Shown piece after piece: positions 48,729-56,896 of a DNA stretch of 64,000 nucleotides. The notes beneath the pieces were generated by a model. The model had not been told where the DNA came from. It ran no database searches and was given only the letters and a program-made list of their open reading frames with translations. A program made the translations under genes and the position numbers. The DNA is from an uncultured Acidobacteriota bacterium. Its GTDB lineage: Bacteria > Acidobacteriota > Polarisedimenticolia > J045. The first letter of the stretch is position 1; each line of letters starts with the position of its first letter. The stretch is taken from positions 1 to 64,000 of the forward strand of contig CAVPCQ010000021.1 of NCBI GenBank assembly GCA_963702425.1, read 5' to 3'.

Positions 48729-51242
48729 ATGTCCCAAGTCCCGCTCCGCCGCGCTCGGCATTCCGCCGGCCCGTCCCTGCTCGCCGTCCTGTCGATCCTG
48801 GCACTCGCACTCCTGCTCCCCCACGCGTCGGCAGGGCCGGGCGGCACCGGCTACACGCTCGTCGGCTGGAACGACCTCGGCATGCACTGCATGGACGCCG
48901 ACTTCTCCGTCTTCTCGATCCTGCCGCCGTTCAACACGATCCACGCGCAGCTGATCGACGCGCGAGGGAACCTGGTCGTCAACCCGGGCGGGATCACGAT
49001 CACCTACCAGGCGGTGGCCGACCCGCAGGGCTCGTTCAACTCGACCTCGAAGGACAAGACCAACTTCTGGCAGTACGTGAAGCCGATCTACGGCGCCGAC
49101 CTCGCGGTCGACCACGGACTCGCGGGCCAGGCGATGCCGGGCCTCTCGAACACTCCCCAACCGATGTCGTTCGACGCGGTGCAGGCCTGGTTCTCGGCGG
49201 TCGGGATCCCGATCACGCCCACCGACGACCATGGCACGAAGAACGCCTACCCGATGATGCGGCTCACCGCGCGCGACGCGTCGGGGGCGGTGCTGGCCAC
49301 GACCGACATCGTGCTGCCGGTGTCGGACGAGATGGACTGCCGAGCCTGTCACGGCTCGAACAGCAACGGGGACGCGCGGCCGCGCGGCGGCTGGGTCAAC
49401 AACCCGGACCCGCAGATCGACTACCGCCTCAACATCCTGTTGCTGCACGACGACCGGCGCGACAACCGGACCAAGTACGAGCAGACGCTGACGGCGGCGG
49501 GCTACAACACGGGCGGCCTCTACGCAACCGCGCACGACGACGGCCATCCGATCCTCTGCGCGGCCTGTCACCCCTCGAACGCGCTGCCGGGGAGCGGGCA
49601 GGCCGGGATGCCGCAGCTGACGCACTCGGTCCATTCCATCCACGACAACGTCCAGGACCCGCTGACGGGCATGACGCTGGGCCAGAGCGCCAACCGCTCG
49701 GCCTGCTACCGCTGCCACCCCGGCTCGGCGACCCGCTGCCTGCGAGGCGCGATGGGCGCCTCCGTCGCCGCCGACGGCACGATGGCGATGCAGTGCCAGA
49801 GCTGCCACGGCACGATGAGCGAGGTCGGCTCGACCGCCCGCACGGGCTGGCTCGATCAGCCCGCCTGCCAGAACTGCCACAGCGGCGACGCGATGGCCAA
49901 CGCCGGGCAGATCCGGTACACGACCGCGTTCCTGCCGAACGGCACGCGCCGCCAGCCCGCGAACCAGCGGTTCGCCACCAACCCGAACGTCCCCGCTCCG
50001 GGCTTCGATCTCTACCGCTTCTCCTACGGGCACGGCGGGGTGGCCTGCGAGGCGTGCCACGGCTCGACGCACGCCGAGTATCCGGCCGCCCACGGCAACG
50101 ACAACGTGCAGAGCGTCAAGCTGCAGGGGAATGTGGGTGTCCTGTCGGACTGCCGGACGTGCCACAACCGCAACCCGGGCACGGTGACGGGCGGCCCGCA
50201 CGGCATGCACCCGGTCGGGCAGTCGTGGGTCGGGGATCACCCCGACGCCGCGGAGGACGGCGGGGCGGGACGCTGCAAGGCCTGCCACGGCAGCGACTAC
50301 AAGGGGACCGTCCTTTCGCTCGCGCTCGGCGACCGCCAGCTCAGCTCGGACTTCGGCAAGCGCAACTTCTGGCGCGGCTTCCGGATCTCCTGCTACGCCT
50401 GCCACAACGGACCGGATTCCGAGAGCGCGACGAACAACCGTGCTCCCACGGTCAGCGACGTGACGGTGACGGTCACGCCAGGCACGCCGCGCACCGTCGC
50501 GTTGAGCGGCACGGACAAGGACAAGAACCAGACCCTGACCTTCCGCGTGATCACCCAGCCGCAGCACGCGAGCGTCGGCATCACCGGGACCACGGCGACG
50601 ATCTTCCCCGACGCCGGCTATCTGGGGAACGACAGCTTCACCTTCGCCGCCTGGGACGGCCTGACCGACTCGAATCTCGGCACGGCCACGCTGACCGTCA
50701 GCGGGCAGGGCTGCCGGCTGACGTGCGCGGCGACCGTCCCGGCCGGCGCCGGCGAGGGTGCGAGCGTCTCCTTCCAAGGGAACGCGACCGCCAACGGCTG
50801 CACCGCGGCGCCCCAGTACGCGTGGGCCTTCGGCGACGGCCAGAACGGCACCGGCTCGCTGATCCAGCACGCCTATCCCCTGTCCGGCAGCTACGCCTGG
50901 ACGATGACCGCCAGCGCCGACGGGACCTCCTGCAACAGCTCCGGCTCGATCACGGTCGCGGGCGCGCCGCCGGCGATCACGAAGATCAGCAAGTCGGGAG
51001 GCAACTCCTTCAAGCTCGCCGTGACCGGCACCAACTTCCACAGCCGGTTGGCGGTCACGATCGCCGGCCAGCTCTGGACCGACGTCAAGTGGAAAAGCGC
51101 GACCTCGATCACCCTGAAGGGCGGCAAGGCTCTCAAGGCCCTGTTCCCCAAGAAGACCTGGGTGCCGGTGGCGATCACCAACCTCGACGACGGGCTCTCG
51201 GACACCGTGCAGTACAACGTGTCAACGAATAAGATCCAGTGA
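48729..51242 (+). CDS. Secreted nonaheme c-type cytochrome with Ig-like/PKD domains and a Lys-rich C-terminal domain
   Basis: Signal peptide; 9 CxxCH (CRACH, CAACH, CYRCH, CQSCH, CQNCH, CEACH, CRTCH, CKACH, CYACH); PKD YAWAFGDG. Confidence 0.9.
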   Translation: MSQVPLRRARHSAGPSLLAVLSILALALLLPHASAGPGGTGYTLVGWNDLGMHCMDADFSVFSILPPFNTIHAQLIDARGNLVVNPGGITITYQAVADPQGSFNSTSKDKTNFWQYVKPIYGADLAVDHGLAGQAMPGLSNTPQPMSFDAVQAWFSAVGIPITPTDDHGTKNAYPMMRLTARDASGAVLATTDIVLPVSDEMDCRACHGSNSNGDARPRGGWVNNPDPQIDYRLNILLLHDDRRDNRTKYEQTLTAAGYNTGGLYATAHDDGHPILCAACHPSNALPGSGQAGMPQLTHSVHSIHDNVQDPLTGMTLGQSANRSACYRCHPGSATRCLRGAMGASVAADGTMAMQCQSCHGTMSEVGSTARTGWLDQPACQNCHSGDAMANAGQIRYTTAFLPNGTRRQPANQRFATNPNVPAPGFDLYRFSYGHGGVACEACHGSTHAEYPAAHGNDNVQSVKLQGNVGVLSDCRTCHNRNPGTVTGGPHGMHPVGQSWVGDHPDAAEDGGAGRCKACHGSDYKGTVLSLALGDRQLSSDFGKRNFWRGFRISCYACHNGPDSESATNNRAPTVSDVTVTVTPGTPRTVALSGTDKDKNQTLTFRVITQPQHASVGITGTTATIFPDAGYLGNDSFTFAAWDGLTDSNLGTATLTVSGQGCRLTCAATVPAGAGEGASVSFQGNATANGCTAAPQYAWAFGDGQNGTGSLIQHAYPLSGSYAWTMTASADGTSCNSSGSITVAGAPPAITKISKSGGNSFKLAVTGTNFHSRLAVTIAGQLWTDVKWKSATSITLKGGKALKALFPKKTWVPVAITNLDDGLSDTVQYNVSTNKIQ

Positions 51243-51309
51243 GGCGTGGCGCGTCGCTCGGGGCGGTCTACGCCCCGAGCGACGCCACCGCCGCCGGCTG
51301 GAGGCGTGC

Positions 51310-51771
51310 GTGAAGATCCTCGTCGCTCCCCTCGTCCTACTCGTCGGCCTCGGGCTGCTCGGCGCCGGTGGCTGTGCCTCCGGTCCGGAGGCCCGCCGCA
51401 CGGTGACGGCCCCCGGCGCCCCCGCCGCGATCGGCCCCTACTCCCACGCCGTCGAGGCCGACGACACGCTCTGGGTCTCGGGCCAGGTCGGGATCGACCC
51501 GGCGACCGGTCAGATGGTCCCCGGCGGGATCGAGGCCGAGACCCGGCAGGTCCTGAAGAACCTCGAGGCGGTGCTGAAGGCGGCCGGCTACACGGTGCGC
51601 GATGTCGTCCAGGCCCAGGTCTTCCTGGCCGACATGAACGACTTCGCCGCGATGAACGCGATCTACGCGGAGACCTTCAAGAGCGAGCCGCCCGCACGCG
51701 CCACGGTGCAGGTCGCGCGGCTGCCGAGGGACGCGCGGATCGAGATCGCGTGCGTGGCGGTGAAGCGCTGA
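51310..51771 (+). CDS. RidA/YjgF-family protein with lipoprotein-like signal
   Basis: APAAIGPYSHA, VSGQVG, DFAAMNAIY, PARATVQV, IEI; leader LGLLGAGGC. Confidence 0.88.
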   Translation: MKILVAPLVLLVGLGLLGAGGCASGPEARRTVTAPGAPAAIGPYSHAVEADDTLWVSGQVGIDPATGQMVPGGIEAETRQVLKNLEAVLKAAGYTVRDVVQAQVFLADMNDFAAMNAIYAETFKSEPPARATVQVARLPRDARIEIACVAVKR

Positions 51772-51899
51772 CGGGGGCCATCCCGCTGCGGCGGGTCGCG
51801 GAGGTCCGGGTCCGGCGTTGTGCCCCGGCCGCGAAGGAATCTTAAGTCATTCATAATAAATGAGATGCGGCCTCATTGAGGCTCCGCGAAAGATCGGCC

Positions 51900-51941
51900 T
51901 TGCCTCCAGAAGAAATAGTGATATAGTCCTCTATGTCACTA
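51900..51941 (+). promoter_or_regulatory. Promoter with overlapping palindromic operator (likely GntR/YtrA site)
   Basis: TTGCCT-N16-TATAGT; tagtgatatag-tcct-ctatgtcacta inverted repeat at 51916-51941. Confidence 0.65.
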
Positions 51942-51957
51942 GATCTTCGAGGCCGCC

Positions 51958-52749
51958 ATGACGCTCGCCCCCGTGCCCTCCCGCCCGCTCCCGCCGATCG
52001 AGCCCGGCGCCGTCCCCTCGCTGCGCGAGGTGCGTCTCGCCCGCCGCGTCCAGGCCCGGCTCTTCCCGCAACACGCCGTGACGGAAGGCTCGCTCGAGGC
52101 GGCGGGGTTCTCGCGCCCCGCGGCCGGCGTCGGCGGCGACTTCTTCGACTTCCTGCCGATCGCGCCGGGACGGATCGCGCTCGCGATCGGCGACGCGTGC
52201 GGCAAGGGGCTGCCCGCGGCGCTGATCGTCACCGCGCTGCAGTCCGCGTTGCGCAGCCACTACGCGCTGCCGGCCGGGGACCTCGCCGCGCGGGTCCGCG
52301 CGCTCAACCGCCTGCTCTTCGAGCTGACGGAGCCCGAGCACTACGCGACGCTCTTCCTCTGCGAGTACGACGACGCGTCGGGGCAACTGCGCTACGCCAA
52401 CTGCGGCCACCCCACGCCGCTGGTCGTCCGGCACGACGGCGCCGTCCTGCGGCTGGACTCGACCGGCGTCCCGCTCGGCCTCTTCCCGTCGTGGCGGGGC
52501 GACACGGATACCGCCGTGCTCGCGCCCGGCGACGCCCTGCTTCTGGTCACGGACGGGATCTCGGAACGGATCGACGCGACCGGTGCGTTCGTGAGCGAGA
52601 GCCGGCTGATCGACGCCTTCCGCGCGGGACGGGGCCGCGCGATCGACCTGCTCGTGCGCGAGCTGGTCGACGGGATGCCGGGCGCCGGCGGGGCCTTCCC
52701 GTGCGACGACGCGACCGTCGTCGTCGCACGGCGGCGCGCGGCGCGGTGA
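51958..52749 (+). CDS. Stand-alone PP2C/SpoIIE (RsbU-like) phosphatase
   Basis: VGGDFFDF, IGDACGKG, YANCGH, TDGISE, DDATVV. Confidence 0.9.
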   Translation: MTLAPVPSRPLPPIEPGAVPSLREVRLARRVQARLFPQHAVTEGSLEAAGFSRPAAGVGGDFFDFLPIAPGRIALAIGDACGKGLPAALIVTALQSALRSHYALPAGDLAARVRALNRLLFELTEPEHYATLFLCEYDDASGQLRYANCGHPTPLVVRHDGAVLRLDSTGVPLGLFPSWRGDTDTAVLAPGDALLLVTDGISERIDATGAFVSESRLIDAFRAGRGRAIDLLVRELVDGMPGAGGAFPCDDATVVVARRRAAR

Positions 52750-52756
52750 GGTCGCG

Positions 52757-53140
52757 ATGCTGATCCACGTCCAGCCGGGCGACGAGCTGCCGATCTACCG
52801 CCAGATCGTGCGGCAGGTCCTGGACGCGATCGCCGGCGGGCGGCTCGCGCCCGGGGAGCGGATGCCGTCGCACCGCGAGCTGGCGGCGCAACTGGTGATC
52901 GCGCCGCTGACGGTCAAGAAGGCCTACGACGAGCTGGAGCGGGACGGTCTGATCGAGACGCAGCGCGGGCGCGGAACCTTCGTCAGCGAGCGCGCCGCGC
53001 CGCCCGCCGATCCGGCCGAGAACCGCGAGCGTCTGCGCGATGCCGCCGAGCGCCTGCTCTCGCAGGCCGCGCTCTGCTGCGTCCCGCTCGGCGACGTGAT
53101 GAATCTGCTCGAGGAGATCGAGCGGGAGAAGAGACCATGA
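52757..53140 (+). CDS. GntR-family regulator (YtrA subfamily)
   Basis: PIYRQI, MPSHRELA, TVKKAYDELE, RGRGTFV; short C-terminus. Confidence 0.92.
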   Translation: MLIHVQPGDELPIYRQIVRQVLDAIAGGRLAPGERMPSHRELAAQLVIAPLTVKKAYDELERDGLIETQRGRGTFVSERAAPPADPAENRERLRDAAERLLSQAALCCVPLGDVMNLLEEIEREKRP

Positions 53141-54032
53141 GCGCCCTCCGATTTCGAAGACGTGCACCGCGCCTACCGGCGCGGGCAGGACGTGCTGGCC
53201 GGCGTGAGCTTCGCGGTCGAGCCGGGACAGGTCGTCGGGCTGATCGGCGAGAACGGGGCCGGCAAGACGACCCTGATCCGGATCGCGATGGGGATGCTGG
53301 TCGCCCAGCGCGGGCGGGTGCGGGTCTTCGGGCTCGACCCGCGCGAGCGGCCGGTCGAGGTCAAGCGCCGGATCGGCTACGTGGCCGAGGACCAGATCCT
53401 CCCGCCGTACCTGACCGTCGGCGAGGTGATCGCGCTGCACCGCTCGCTCTTCCCGACCTGGGACGACCGCTCGGCCCGCGTCCTGGCCGAGCGCTTCCAG
53501 GTCGACCCCGCGGTCGAAGGTGCGGACGCTCTCGCGGGGACAGGCCCGCCGCGTCGCGCTGCTGTGCGCCGTCGCGCACCGTCCCGAGCTGCTGCTGCTC
53601 GACGAGCCGGCGAGCGGGCTCGATCCCGCGGCGCGGCGCGAGTTCCTCGAGACCTCGATCGAGCTGCTCAACGAGGCCGGGACGACGATCCTGTTCTCCT
53701 CGCACTACATGACCGACGTCGAGCGGATGGCCGACCGGATCGTCATGCTGCACGGCGGCCGGGTCCTGATCGACGAGGGGCTGGACGAGCTGCGCGAGGG
53801 GTTCGCGCTGGCGCTGGTGCCGCGCACGCCGGGCGTCACCCGCGAGCAGCTGCTGGCGCTGCCGGGTTGCGTCGGGGTCCGCGAGCGCGCCGACGCGCTG
53901 CACGCGATCTTCCACCTCGACCCGCGCCGCGCGGAGGAGCAGCTGGCCCGGGACCTGGCCGGCTCCGGCGCGCAGTGCCGGTCGATCGCGCTCGAGGACA
54001 TGTTCGTCGAGCTGGTCGGGGGGCAGCCATGA
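53137..54032 (+). CDS. ABC transporter ATPase (YtrB-like); two apparent frameshifts near 53153 and 53515
   Basis: GENGAGKTT in ORF 53162; LSRGQ, LLLDEP and SSH in ORF 53520. Confidence 0.85.
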
Positions 54033-55453
54033 ACCTGCGCCTGGTGCGGAACGACGCGGCCTTCCGCGCGAGCCCGGCGTGGGCCCTGCTCGCCGGGCTC
54101 AACGCGGGGGTCGTCTCGGGCCTGATCGTGATGGCGGCCCTGGGCCGCGCGGCCAGCCCGCCGGTCGGCGTGATCGCCCTCGCGATCTGGCTCTCGGTCG
54201 GGGTCTACCTGGTCGCCGGACCGGTCACGACCCGCGCCACCGAGCACGAGCTGGCGCTCCCGCTCTCGGGCCGCCGGCTCTGGCTCCACCACGCGCTCGC
54301 CGTCCTGGTCGGCTGCCTCCTGATCGTGGCCGTGGGCGCGATCCTGCTCGGGCTGCTCGCGGCGGTCGCGGCGCTTCGGGGGCCCGCGCGGCTCTCGGTC
54401 GCTGCGCCGACGGCGCTCGCGGCCGCGGCGTCGCTGCTGGCGGTGGCCCTGATCGAGGCGGCCGCGCGGGGCGAGGCCGAGCTGGCGGGGCGGTGGCAGC
54501 ACCGTGCGTGGCGCGTCGCCGTGGTGCTGGCGATCGCGGTCGCGGTCGTCTCTGCCGGGCGCGCGCCCTGGGTGGCCGCGCTCGGCCTGCTCGCGCTGGC
54601 CGCGCTCTGCGGGGCCTTCGCCCTGCGCGGCGTGCCGCCGGCGCTCGAACTCGTACCGCGCGCCACGGTCGCCGCGCCGCGGCGGGACGCGCGCGCGGGG
54701 AGGGACGCGTCCTCCGACCGGACGGCGACGCACCAGCGGGCGCGGCTCGCGCCGCTCCTCTTCCGGTGGCTGCCGCACTTCTCGCGCTACGGCTGGCTCG
54801 TCTTCGCCGCGCTCCTCGGCTTCCTGTTCGCGGGCGGCGCCGGCGCGCTGTCGGAAGACCCCGACCTCGCGGGGATGCGCCTGTTCTACCTCTACCTCGT
54901 CGCGTACATGCTGATGTCGACCAACGGCCCGCTGCTGCGGCCGCTGCGCTTCGTCGATCCGCTGCCGCTGCCGCGCGGGCGGGTGTTCGCGCGGTTGTTC
55001 GCGCCGCCCCTGGTCGGGATCGCGGCCGGAATGGCCGCCGGGTCGGCGGTCCAGACGGTCCCGTTCGGGGTGCTGGCGCTCGAACTCGCGCTGGTCGTGA
55101 CGCTGTGGCTGCTCGCGCTCGCCGCGCTGCTGACGGCCTACCGCCCCGGGGTGCCGGGCGCGGTCCGGCAGGCGCTGTACTGGGGCCCGCTCGCCCTGTT
55201 CCTGATCATCCCGATGCGCAGCCTGATCCTGGGGGTGAGCCGGCGCACGCGCCCGTTCGCGCTCGAGGCCCGCCTGGAGGTCTCCGCCGCCGAACTGATG
55301 AAGTCCCCTGCCGGCGCGCTCGCGCTGGGGCTGGGCGCGGCGGCGCTCGTCGCGTTCGCCGCGTGGCTGGCGCTGCGCCAGTTCCGCCGGATGGAGATCC
55401 CCGTGCGCTCGGTGCGCTACGAGCTGGTGGAGTGGGCGTGCGAGGACCGCTGA
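54029..55453 (+). CDS. Multi-TM membrane protein, probable ABC permease
   Basis: ATG overlaps the ATPase stop; about 12 hydrophobic segments. Confidence 0.7.
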   Translation: MNLRLVRNDAAFRASPAWALLAGLNAGVVSGLIVMAALGRAASPPVGVIALAIWLSVGVYLVAGPVTTRATEHELALPLSGRRLWLHHALAVLVGCLLIVAVGAILLGLLAAVAALRGPARLSVAAPTALAAAASLLAVALIEAAARGEAELAGRWQHRAWRVAVVLAIAVAVVSAGRAPWVAALGLLALAALCGAFALRGVPPALELVPRATVAAPRRDARAGRDASSDRTATHQRARLAPLLFRWLPHFSRYGWLVFAALLGFLFAGGAGALSEDPDLAGMRLFYLYLVAYMLMSTNGPLLRPLRFVDPLPLPRGRVFARLFAPPLVGIAAGMAAGSAVQTVPFGVLALELALVVTLWLLALAALLTAYRPGVPGAVRQALYWGPLALFLIIPMRSLILGVSRRTRPFALEARLEVSAAELMKSPAGALALGLGAAALVAFAAWLALRQFRRMEIPVRSVRYELVEWACEDR

Positions 55454-55492
55454 GGCGAAGCGGATCGGGGGCCGGCCGCGCCGCAGGCGTCG

Positions 55493-56608
55493 CTATCTCG
55501 TCGCCCGCGTGGCTGCGGCGGTCCGGCGAACGAAGTCCCTGATCGCGCGCTGCATCACGGCGACGTCTTCTCCCTCGGCGCCGTGCCGGGAATGCGGCAG
55601 CATCAGGAGCGACTTCTGCGGCGCCGGAGTGGCGATCGCGTCGAGGATCGCCTGGCCGACCTCGGGCGGGGCGACCAGGTCCTTCTCCCCGTAGACGAGC
55701 AGGGTGGGAATCGCCAGCCTCGGGACCGTATCGCGCAGGTCGCTCGAGGTGACCACCCGGAGCATGAACCGCTCGGCCCGCACCGTCCTACGGTGGTTGA
55801 GGTAGTACGCCCAGCCATTGAAGGGCGAGAACACGGAGGCCCGGAACGCGGACCAGATCCGCTCCAGCAAGCTCGTGGAGACGCCCATCGCCCGCCCCAC
55901 GTACTCGTCGTGCCGGCCGGCATCGCGCAGCGTGACAAGCGCCGGGGTCGCCCGGTAGAACTCGAGCGCCTCGCCCCACGTGGGCACGTCGATCCCGGTA
56001 GCGATCCTCTCCTCGGCGTGCCGGACGATCCTGGGCCTCGCGGCCTGGTACGCGAGGTCCTGCTCGTGGTTCCCCTTGTAGCCGATGTAGCCGGCGATGC
56101 CGGCCTGGTTCTCCCGCCAGCTGGCCACGTGGGTCAGGTAGCTCATGGCGACGGCGTGGCCCCAGCTCTGGCCGATCAGGAAGAGGTGCTCGACGTGGTG
56201 TCGCCTCCGCAGCTCGCGGACGACCAGCGCAAGGTCCTCGCCGAAGTCCTCGGGCAGGCTCTCGTCGGGATCCGCCGGGCCGCGCGACATGCCCGAATGA
56301 CGCTGGTCCCAGTAGACGACGGAGAAGTCGGACTCGAGGAACTGCAGAGGCGACGGATGATCGAACCGGCCGTCGGCCGGGCTGACCTCGAGGATGGACT
56401 CGAGCGTGCCGCTGCTGCCGGGGCCGCCGTGGACGAAGACGACGAAGACGCGGGACGCCGTGTTCCCCCGGACCCAGACCGGTATCCGGGCCCCCTGGCG
56501 GTCGACCCAGAAGTACTCCTTCGGCCAGGCCTTGATCACGGTCGAGCCGAGGATGACCGCCACGAGCAGGAGGCTTGCAGCGAGCAGGCCGGAGAGAGTT
56601 CGCTTCAT
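55493..56608 (-). CDS. Alpha/beta hydrolase (proline iminopeptidase-like), N-terminally anchored
   Basis: HGGPG, YWDQR..G, GQSWG nucleophile elbow, YGEKD, SRHG. Confidence 0.87.
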   Translation of the reverse strand: MKRTLSGLLAASLLLVAVILGSTVIKAWPKEYFWVDRQGARIPVWVRGNTASRVFVVFVHGGPGSSGTLESILEVSPADGRFDHPSPLQFLESDFSVVYWDQRHSGMSRGPADPDESLPEDFGEDLALVVRELRRRHHVEHLFLIGQSWGHAVAMSYLTHVASWRENQAGIAGYIGYKGNHEQDLAYQAARPRIVRHAEERIATGIDVPTWGEALEFYRATPALVTLRDAGRHDEYVGRAMGVSTSLLERIWSAFRASVFSPFNGWAYYLNHRRTVRAERFMLRVVTSSDLRDTVPRLAIPTLLVYGEKDLVAPPEVGQAILDAIATPAPQKSLLMLPHSRHGAEGEDVAVMQRAIRDFVRRTAAATRATR

Positions 56609-56896
56609 CGGAAACGCCCCCGGTGTCGGTCAGCGGCGCGTCGCCTCGCCCGCGCGCGCCGGACGATGGAGCAAGGGTAACACCGGGCGCTCGGCGGACG
56701 GACAGCCGCGCGGAGGTCCGTTCCCGCGTTGACGGCGGCGCCGGTTCCGGAGAGCGATCCCGGGGCCTGACCCTCGGTGACCTGCACCCGCGACCTCGGC
56801 GCGCGGAGGCTCGCCGTGCCGCCGGGCCCCTCGCGCAGTATTCGCTCGCCGCGGCCGGGGAAGGCCGTAGACTGGCCTCTCGCCGCGGAGGCTCCT

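Noticed and set aside
2605-51041. Numerous long antisense or alternate-frame ORFs (e.g. 2605-4518, 17849-20701, 33706-36450, most of 48180-51041)
   Set aside because: Arg/Ala/Pro-rich shadow ORFs expected at this GC content, overlapping well-supported genes.
51840-51880. AT-rich taagtcattcataataaatgag as an sRNA or mobile-element end
   Set aside because: Too short, with no partner repeat; more likely an upstream promoter or IHF-like element.
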